From: Ministeria vibrans ATCC 50519
Taxonomy: Eukaryota; Protista; Filasterea
Direction of reading: 5' to 3'
Length of the DNA stretch: 64,000 nucleotides
NCBI GenBank assembly: GCA_943704425.1
Contig: CALSCP010002643.1
Location: 1 to 64,000 of the forward strand
Numbering within the stretch: the stretch's first letter is position 1; every line of letters starts with the position of its first letter. The notes below the pieces were generated by a model that worked only from the letters and a program-made list of their open reading frames with translations, had not been told where the DNA came from and did not search any database. Made by a program: the position numbers and the translations under genes. Positions 49,518 through 58,001 of this stretch are shown here, piece by piece.

Positions 49518-49730
49518 TTTTTTCCGGAAATCCTAGGGCAGAAACTTCATTGTCAACAAAGAGCTCCGGAGTCGTGCAGTGTAGCCGCGCTTGTAGTTTG
49601 TTTTGTGTTCCGTGCTATCAATATCACTACACGTCGCGGCATATAGTGACGCCGCTTCACGGAGGGTGGTTTTTTGGAAGTCCTAGGGAGCAAAAGCTCC
49701 GCAAAAGCTACTGTACAAGACAATATAATC
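49518..49730 (-). mobile_element. Two degenerate retroposon 3'-end copies (starting at ~49526 and ~49676)
   Basis: GGAAATCCTAGGGCAGAAACTTCATTGT and GGAAGTCCTAGGGAGCAAAAGCT...TGTACAAGACAAT, each preceded by a T tract. Confidence 0.7.
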
Positions 49731-49941
49731 TAACCATCCAAAGTCAGCAGTGGATTTGGTTTTCAAGATCGTTTGAAGGAGAAAATGGTTTGCTACTGAC
49801 ACGGAACGCGTTATTGCAGGCTCAGTGTTTTGTGTTGACGTGAATTAAGGAAAGGTTACTTGAAAGTCACTAAGATTAAATAAACCGGATGTAATAAGAA
49901 AACTTGAGAACAAGAAAGAACATTAACTGCTTTTTTAAAAA

Positions 49942-51743
49942 TCAGTTGAACTGGACAGGGTACTTCGTTGCGCAGGCTGACACTTGAGCAAGTGTTGGAT
50001 ACAACATGAAGCAATGGTACGCATATCTGCTTCCTGGATCACTGACAAGGTGAATTTGTCTTGAATCTCGATAGAGCCACCACATGGTGGACGACTGGTC
50101 GGATACAATCGCGTTGCCAATGGACAATATACACTCCCCCGTGTGTCCAATCGAGCAGCCGTACCGTTGTGAGAAAGTGTAGTCAAAAAGCCACTTGGGC
50201 GTATTGTACGCTACGAGTTGATATTCGACAGTTTCTCGTCAGTCGTCCTGCACCTTTTTTTCATCTATGATATACCGTTTGCCTGAACAACACTACTAAA
50301 ATATTGAGTGTAGTCCACCAGCTTCCATTGAAAGTCACTTGTCATCACTCGAAATGCTGGATTGGTGTTAAAAACTAAGCAGAAACATAAAAAAATAATT
50401 ATTAGTAATTATTTGTCCGCACAAAATTCTTGCTGCTGCTCTCTGCATGCAAGTCTCTCGGAATGTCCGCTTCGACTCATGCGGGGGTGAAGCAGCCGCT
50501 TTGGATGGTTAGATTGTCTTGTACAATGAAGCTTTTGCCCTAGGACTTCCAAAAAAACAAACCAAATTTCTTGCTTACTGGGCGATATCGCAGGTGCGAG
50601 TAACAGAGGCGTTGTGTTGGGGACGCTGATAGAACAGGTTGAGGCATTGTGCATGACACGGAAGTCGTCCTTGTGAAGATGTCCAAAAAATTGACCCGCT
50701 ATCGTCGACGAGTATTCGTTTAAGAATCCCAGATAGGTTGCTTCATAGTCAATAACCCAAAGAGCAACAAAAGGATCTCCTTCTTTTCGAAATGGGTCGA
50801 CGATGGGAGGAATGTGTCCCAGAATGTATACGGGAGTTCCCGATTGCGTTGCGGAGCTCAACTGTTCGCGAAGCCATTTCAACTGGAGTCGCGCACGATT
50901 GGAGGTATCAAGAGTCTGGGGTGCGTTGGCCGAAAACAAGTTGGTATTGAGCACAAGTAACAAAAGAGGCTGGGCGTTATCGTGCAAGACGACTGAGACC
51001 TGATAGTAGGCCCCCTCCAAGAAGGTCTCGTTCAACGCGGCCGGATCGAATGTCACTTGTTGCGACCAGGAAAACAACGGCAGCCACATCTGCAAGACGT
51101 GTTCCAGCCAAGGACTTGTTGCATTCGGAGTGACGTAGTCTTTGGGACCGTCATTGTTGCCAAACGCGGGAAAAACCGGGGTGTTTGGAAAGGAAGTTTT
51201 GAGAAGCTGTGCAACGCGGTCAACGCACAACATAACTCGCTCTCGCCCCTCTTCCTCGTCATAGCCCACAGGGAGGTTGTGAGCTGCAGAATCGCCGCTA
51301 AACAATACAAACTGACTGTTGGAGGACACTGACCTGTTGACCATCGCGCGGAGTTGACTGTCCACCAGACGTTCCGGAGCATCGCATCCTGTACGCCCAA
51401 AAGGCGCTGAATAGGGCGCGGGTTTTGATAACGGCGGGTAGTATCGGCATTCCGTTAGTTTAGAGACGGTGGCGTTGAAGAAGAGGTCAAGGTGGGCGTC
51501 GCTGAAATGGACAAAGTGAACTGCGTTGGTTGGCGACAGCGGGAGCGGAGAGGGATTCGATCCCGCGCAAGTTTTCCGATCGTTTGCCAAAATGCCAACA
51601 GCAACCACAAGTGCAACGACAACGCAGCCCGTAATGATAGCAAATGGAGCAGAGGCGTGTCGTTTACAGGGAGCTTTCAGACCTTCATCTGGTCGCTCTT
51701 CGGCAAACCCGCTTCGAAGAAGTGAATACGACTTGTCACTCAT
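49942..51743 (-). CDS. Acid sphingomyelinase-like metallophosphodiesterase (SMPDL3-like), type II membrane anchor, 3 exons
   Basis: FVHFSDAHLD, GCDAPERL, LFSGDSAAH, PAFGNND, YILGHIPP, GQFFGHLHKDDFR; APAISP|IFNTNPAFRV; last exon TPKWLFDYTF...*. Confidence 0.88.
50444..50560 (+). mobile_element. Retroposon copy inside intron 1 of the SMPDL3-like gene (antisense to the gene)
   Basis: Core sequence 50444-50550 plus A tract, lying between the donor at ~50577 and the acceptor at ~50375. Confidence 0.85.
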
Positions 51744-52167
51744 GTTCAACAGGGTCGACAACGAACGAGAGAGACTCCTCGGTGAGCGAAGCAAATTTAT
51801 TGTAATTCCAAGGTTGACGAATGACCATGTCGCTTATTTTTTCGACAGATTTTCGAAATTGCGGTGAACTTCCATATCAACCTTTCTGTCAGCTCGTCAA
51901 CAGAAAAAAAAAAGGAAACACAAAGCATCCACCAAGTAGACAAGTATCGAGTACGTTAAAACCAACCACGATTAGTCAACAGCGGGCTCAAAAAGTCGCA
52001 AAAGCGAGCAGGGGGATAAGTTCGCTTATTTTTGCCACCTCATTTTTCCGACATCGTTTTCGATAAATTCGACCCTTTTTAATTTTTTTAAGTTCACTTC
52101 TTTTCGTTTCCCCTTCACCTCTACCAACTAGTTATACGCACCCTGGTTTTACAAAGTAACACACAAC

Positions 52168-55100
52168 ATGGCGGACAATCACAACAACGACGGCGACACG
52201 AATGATGATATCAACAACAACGACAACGACAACAACAACAACAATAACAATAACAACAACAACAACAACAGCAACAGCGATGGCGACATTGCTGCAACTT
52301 GGGCGCGTGACTACCCGACAGTTGTTGCTCGACTTGCCCGCGACTGCTACACCTCGGCCAGCGCTCTCATTGTCTCCGTGTCTAAGTACCGCACCTCTGG
52401 AAATCCGGCATTAGCGTCTCTTGCCGACCTTTCAAGCGCAGCCGCAAGCGTTTCTCCTCTCGTTCATCTTTACACCTACCTTGGGTTTCGCGTTGCGACA
52501 GTCACCGACAACACAGCGCGCGTCACAACGAAACGCATCTCGGAGGGACTCGCCTTCCTTCAGCAGCGCGCAAACGCGACCACACAGGCGCATGTCACAC
52601 CAATTGTTTCCGAGCGCATCTACTCTTCCAACCGCGACCTGCTTGTCGTGCACATCATGGGCCATGGAATCGGCGAAGGCGACCGATTTGGCATTGTTTT
52701 GTCGAATGCGTCCAACGATCTTGAGAGCGGCTTGACTCGTCTCTCATTTGCGGCGCTTGCGAAAGTTGTGCGTAAGAACGCAAATTGGCAGACGAACCAA
52801 TTCCTCTTTGTCTTGGACATGTGCCAAGCAGGCACGGTACTCTCACCCACACTCTCGCCTGATCTCAACATGCAGGTTGGCGAAGGATACGGCCGCCTCT
52901 CGCTTCCACGAATTATTCCAACTGCGCAAGTTTTGGCATCGAGTTGCCCCAATCAACTTGCCTACTGTCCCGATGGCAGTTTGCCAACGGTCTTTACACA
53001 ACGCTTTGTTGAGGCTCTCAGCGCCCAGGAAGAGCGAAACACAGTTTTTGCCAGGCACGAGGTGTGGATCAACCTCAACATGCTCTGCCACCGAATGTCG
53101 GCGCATCAATCAACGGTAACCTTGCCCCAACGCCCCTGCTCCGGTCACCTACCCGAGTTTTTCAGCCACGACAGCTCTCTCACGGATGCCGCAGAGCGAG
53201 ACACAAAACCCGGCATTATTTTCTTCAACCGAGAGTACGACCGTGACGCGGTTGTCAGCAGCCTTGCTCCCCATGACCCAAAGAGTCTTTCAGTCGTCGC
53301 GCCAAACATAGTGTGCGCCCTGCTGCTCCTGCACGCTGGCACTTGCGACGACGATGCAGTGCGCTCCATGCTCCAGCTGTCGCCCGTCGACTCTCTTTCG
53401 CCCTGGTCGCACGACGGTGTCGACTTCTTCCTTGCTCGCAAAGCCCACGTCATTGTTCTCTTGGCACACATCCAGTGCGAATCGGACATTCAGTTTGCCG
53501 GAATTGCTTCTCGCGTCATCGACGCCTGCCACCCTCACGTCGTCTTTGCTGTCTTTCCCACCGCTCCCCCGCCACCAGCATTCGCTCGCCGCACATCCGA
53601 CGATTCTAATCACGATCAGCAACTCGTTGTCAAGATCATCTCCGAGTTTCCTCGCCAAGGCAACAGCGACCAGTCCCTCCGCACGCACGGGTTGCCCTTG
53701 GCTCTGACAAAGTACATGACAGACGTCTCGTTTACCCCCTCCTTGTCACAGCACCAAATAAACTTGCTGTCGCCCCTGGACGATCCTCCCATTTCGCCGT
53801 CAACCCAACTCAGGCGGCAGCTTGTTGACCTCACATGCGCCCCACGTGTCGCTACCAGGCCACAACACGAGAACGCGCTCGAGAAAGGCAATGCACCCGT
53901 GCTTCAAACCTTTGCGCGCGTTGCTCAATGCTCGTGTGCGCTTCCAACGTGCGATTTGTGTCGCATGGCCCTCCTTGCCGTGTGTGTTCCTCAGCACCCT
54001 CCTCGCACTCGCACTGGGTCTATGCACAAATTACTGGAGAGTGCAAGCGACACTCTGGCACTGGACGACGACACAGCGCACTCGCCTTACACGCGTTTTA
54101 TGGGTGCCCTCGAATTGGTGGGTGTGGCCGCCATCGAAGATGTGCTCTGGCATCCGCAAGCGAAATGCATCTTTCCTTCCAAGCTTATTGCTTTCACTAT
54201 TGTCTTCCGCGACACTACACTTGCCGAGGTGAATGCCTTGCGCGATCGCATTATGGATGAGTTGAGTGCCGTAGACAGGGCCGTCTTCAATTTTGACGCG
54301 ACCACTGTCGTCTTTGTGGGCACACGAATTGGTTCAGTTCGATTTATTGTCCGTGGCACTCCCGGCCTTCTCTGGGTGCTTCAAAGTCGCTTGCACGCCA
54401 CAGACGCTGCTCCCACCTGTACCATCTGCTCTCTCTCGGTCGCCAATATTGTTGTTGCAGACCATGAAGACCGGCAGCTCTTTGAGTCGCTCGGCGCTCC
54501 CATTGCGTCCGACGAGAAACCGACCGCAGATTCGACCGTCGTGTCTGCGACACACGCTGAGCGCAACGAGTCTCAATCGCAAGAGCAACTCGAAACCGTC
54601 ACGCAGCGCGTCCTAAATGTTCTCTCGGAGCGCGTCGTTGCCGCGAGCGAGTTTCTCTCTTGTCACCCTCACATTGTCACAGCGGCTCTCGTGGCTCTCC
54701 TTGCTCTTACTCTTGTTCTCAACGACACTCTGGCCCGTGCCGTGTTCACCAGCATGTCCTTTATTGTCAATCACTTGGCGCACGCTCAGCTGCGCACCAA
54801 TCACACCGCCGCTGCTCCCCTGCTCGCGCTTCTTGGAGGGTTGTTCTTTTTTTGGAACGTGTGGCGCTATCGCACGAAAGTGCCCTTGTCTCTCCCTGTC
54901 AACACTATTTTTGTGTTGTCGTCGTTTCTGTGGGCCGGCGACTACTGTGTGACGTGGGTTAAATGTCTTACGCTGCTCTTTTTCTTTGTCAGCTTCTTTG
55001 ACTTGTACAAGAAAAAGATTGCTCTGTCGCGTGACACGCTCCCTCCCGTCCTCTATGCCGTGGGCTTCCAAATGCGTGGACTCACCCCCCTATTCCACTC

Positions 55101-55938
55101 TCTCGCATCCAACCTCAACGTGACTGGGCACTGGGCAATTGCAGTGGATCTTCATCGCCCCCAGGCGGAGTATGCAATGATTCACGCCACAGGTGAGATC
55201 AGTCGTGACATGCGTGTCAAGGTCGAAAAAAAACCGCTGAGCTACTTTGCGGAGCGCATTGACTCGACCAAAGCAAGGGACCCCCAAAAGCCCATTATGG
55301 CGTGCACCGCGTCACTTGTTGGCCTTGCGGACTCAGTTCCTGCCCTCCAGCGCTTTGTCAACGAGTACGACAGCAAACACGCGTTTCTCAGCGAGTCGCG
55401 CACCTGCCAGGACTTTTGCGAGTATTTTCTCTACCGCGTCTCACCCAGCAACAACACCAAATCGTACCTCATGGGCTTTTTGCGACTCAAAGCCTACCAC
55501 ATGATTCCCATTTTTGTGCTCTTCCTATGCCTCTTTGGCTTGCTCGGCGACTTCGATCTGTGGTTTGTGTTCTATCTCATTTTTGACTACATGGAGTACA
55601 CGCGCTACCGTGAAGAGGAGAAGAAGAAGCCGCCCAAAGTCCACGCCATCGGCTTGGCCATCACCATTACCATGCTCATCATCCTCTACAGCACGCTTGG
55701 CTTCATCCTCTACTATGACTTTGCCATGACTGCCGTCTTCTTGCTGCTGGCCGTCTTCATGACCGTCCACGAGTATCTCACCATTCGTCCCCTCGGGATT
55801 CCCCGCTCCATCGACGCGTCTCTCCTTCAGCTCCACGACACAATTGTTCACAGCAGCATGAAGAGCGACAGCAACCTCAACATCGAGTCTCGTTGCGACA
55901 TTTATCTTCCAAAGCGACTCAAAGAGAAAACCAGCTGA
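52168..55938 (+). CDS. Caspase-like (peptidase C14) + multi-pass membrane + permuted papain-like (PPPDE/LRAT-type) protein, 1256 aa, intronless
   Basis: ALIVSVSKY...LGFRV...DLLVVHIMGHG (His 52663)...FLFVLDMCQAG (Cys 52822)...TVFTQRFVEAL; several hydrophobic helices; GHWAIAV (His 55129)...SRTCQDFC (Cys 55405); further TM helices. Confidence 0.8.
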   Translation: MADNHNNDGDTNDDINNNDNDNNNNNNNNNNNNNSNSDGDIAATWARDYPTVVARLARDCYTSASALIVSVSKYRTSGNPALASLADLSSAAASVSPLVHLYTYLGFRVATVTDNTARVTTKRISEGLAFLQQRANATTQAHVTPIVSERIYSSNRDLLVVHIMGHGIGEGDRFGIVLSNASNDLESGLTRLSFAALAKVVRKNANWQTNQFLFVLDMCQAGTVLSPTLSPDLNMQVGEGYGRLSLPRIIPTAQVLASSCPNQLAYCPDGSLPTVFTQRFVEALSAQEERNTVFARHEVWINLNMLCHRMSAHQSTVTLPQRPCSGHLPEFFSHDSSLTDAAERDTKPGIIFFNREYDRDAVVSSLAPHDPKSLSVVAPNIVCALLLLHAGTCDDDAVRSMLQLSPVDSLSPWSHDGVDFFLARKAHVIVLLAHIQCESDIQFAGIASRVIDACHPHVVFAVFPTAPPPPAFARRTSDDSNHDQQLVVKIISEFPRQGNSDQSLRTHGLPLALTKYMTDVSFTPSLSQHQINLLSPLDDPPISPSTQLRRQLVDLTCAPRVATRPQHENALEKGNAPVLQTFARVAQCSCALPTCDLCRMALLAVCVPQHPPRTRTGSMHKLLESASDTLALDDDTAHSPYTRFMGALELVGVAAIEDVLWHPQAKCIFPSKLIAFTIVFRDTTLAEVNALRDRIMDELSAVDRAVFNFDATTVVFVGTRIGSVRFIVRGTPGLLWVLQSRLHATDAAPTCTICSLSVANIVVADHEDRQLFESLGAPIASDEKPTADSTVVSATHAERNESQSQEQLETVTQRVLNVLSERVVAASEFLSCHPHIVTAALVALLALTLVLNDTLARAVFTSMSFIVNHLAHAQLRTNHTAAAPLLALLGGLFFFWNVWRYRTKVPLSLPVNTIFVLSSFLWAGDYCVTWVKCLTLLFFFVSFFDLYKKKIALSRDTLPPVLYAVGFQMRGLTPLFHSLASNLNVTGHWAIAVDLHRPQAEYAMIHATGEISRDMRVKVEKKPLSYFAERIDSTKARDPQKPIMACTASLVGLADSVPALQRFVNEYDSKHAFLSESRTCQDFCEYFLYRVSPSNNTKSYLMGFLRLKAYHMIPIFVLFLCLFGLLGDFDLWFVFYLIFDYMEYTRYREEEKKKPPKVHAIGLAITITMLIILYSTLGFILYYDFAMTAVFLLLAVFMTVHEYLTIRPLGIPRSIDASLLQLHDTIVHSSMKSDSNLNIESRCDIYLPKRLKEKTS

Positions 55939-56380
55939 GATTTTATATAATATTTTTCAGTTATTTTTATACAATACAATAATAATAAATTTATTATTAT
56001 TATTGTTTGGACGTGATAAATGCATAAGTAATTTAAAATTATAACATTGATATTTAGAAAACAACCATAAAAACAATAAAATCTTCTTGGGGCTACCCTA
56101 TGGCAGAAGCATTATATTACACTCACACACTCACTATTACTCTTCATACACACTCACTATTACACTCTTCATTGTAGTATAATTATGTTGAGTAAAAATT
56201 TCACTTCATATTCTATTAATAAATGGGTTGTATTCTTCTTCTCCTTCGAATAAATCTTACTGGATAGCAATTGCACTTGTGCTTTTGTTGTAGATCTGGT
56301 GAGTGATGGTGTCTTTGCTCACAATTCATAAATCGGTTGAATAATATTATTCTTTTATTCCTCTTATTAAATTGTTCACC

Positions 56381-57651
56381 ATGGCCGACAAATTTGCAAT
56401 GCACAGCCAACTGGTGCACCTCCAGTCCAAATACGTGGGAACTGGCCATGCAGACACGAGTCGATTGTACGAAACCTCAAAAAAACGCTCTTTGTGCTCT
56501 TCCCGTTCCTTCCATGCCAAGCCACACGCCCCCACTCCGTCCCCGCCTCTCTTACAACACCACCACCCCACTTTTAATCTCTCGTTTTCCCTTCCTTTCT
56601 CACAATCGTCGGTTCGATTTTTTTTCTTCACTTGTAGCGAATGGATGCTGAACCAGCGAAGAGACAGCTATGCGTCGTACATTGGCCACCACAACCTCAT
56701 TGGATACATGGCTATTGTCGAGAACGAGCCCATTGCCAAGATGCGCTTTCGCTTTCAAAAGGTGCACTCACTTCCTTCTCAATCTCACTTTTCATTCTCT
56801 CTCACTTGGCTCTCTCACTTGGTTTCCTCCCTCTCTCTCACTTGGTTTCCTCTCTCTGTCTCACTTGGTTTCATTCTCTCTCCTCTCTCTGTCTCACTTG
56901 GTTTCCTCCCTCTGTCTCACTTTGTTTCCTCCCTCTGTCTCACTTGGTTTCCTCTCTCTGTCTCACTTGGTTTCATTCTCTCTCCTCTCTCTGTCTCACT
57001 TGGTTTCCTCCCTCTGTCTCACTTTNNNNNNNNTCTCACTTTGTTTCCTCCCTCTGTCTCACTTGGTTTCCTCTCTCTGTCTCACTTGGTTTCATTCTCT
57101 CTCCTCTCTCTGTCTCACTTGGTTTCCTCCCTCTGTCTCACTTGGTTTCCTCTCTCTGTCTCACTTGGTTTCATTCTCTCTCCTCTCTCTGTCTCACTTT
57201 GTTTCCTCCCTCTGTCTCACTTGGTTTCCTCTCTCTGTCTCACTTGGTTTCATTCTCTCTCCTCTCTCTGTCTCACTTTGTTTCCTCCCTCTGTCTCACT
57301 TGGTTTCCTCTCTCTGTCTCACTTGGTTTCATTCTCTCTCCTCTCTCTGTCTCACTTGGTTTCCTCCCTCTGTCTCACTTGGTTTCCTCTCTCTGTCTCA
57401 CTTGGTTTAATTCTCTCTCACTTGGTTTCATTCGGCTTGATTCTCTCTCACTTTGTTTCTCCTCTCTTTCACTTGGCTTTATTCTCTCTCTCACTTGGCT
57501 TTATTCTCTTTCTCACTTTGTGTCCTTCTCAATCATTTTGCTCCGATCACTTTGTTTTCTCGCTCTAACTCTCTCTGTCTCTCATTAGGCAATGCTCGCA
57601 CCCTGTGGTCCCCACCCGCCCAAGCCTCGTTGGGACACCAATGTTGAATAG
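56381..57651 (+). CDS. SF3B5: Splicing factor 3B subunit 5 (SF3b10), 3 exons
   Basis: SQLVHLQSKYVGTGHADT; EWMLNQRRDSYASYIGH; AMLAPCGPHPPKP. Confidence 0.95.
56790..57530. repeat. Intronic pyrimidine-rich minisatellite (TCTCACTTGGTTTCCTCCCTCTG-type 23/33-bp units)
   Basis: Higher-order tandem array in SF3B5 intron 2; includes a small N gap. Confidence 0.92.
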
Positions 57652-58001
57652 ACCATATGTAAACGATCTTGTACAAACAATAGAAAGAACCTTTTGAGAA
57701 AAGCCACTCTTATAACTCTGGATCACTTTCGAATCGCAAAGACGGGTTGGGATGATTAAACGCGATAGATTCCACGTCATCTTCTCGGAGTGACACGACC
57801 TATACGAGCAGAGCAAAGTCTCTCACTGACTCTGACACTCCAAACCAGTTGGCATTTATCATTCGCAAGGGTAAAACTGGTTCATTCGTAACAAACACTA
57901 ATGATGGCAGTAAATATATTCGTATTCTGAAAGTTCTTCGTGAAAATATCATTATCAACTATCTTAAAAAACAAAAAACACACAGAAAAAAAGGAAGAGA
58001 A

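Noticed and set aside
44976-50560. CRISPR-like array of a ~40-bp repeat
   Set aside because: Spacing is irregular, copies occur in both orientations with variable length, poly(A) tails and TSDs, there are no cas genes, and the context is eukaryotic. These are retroposed copies.
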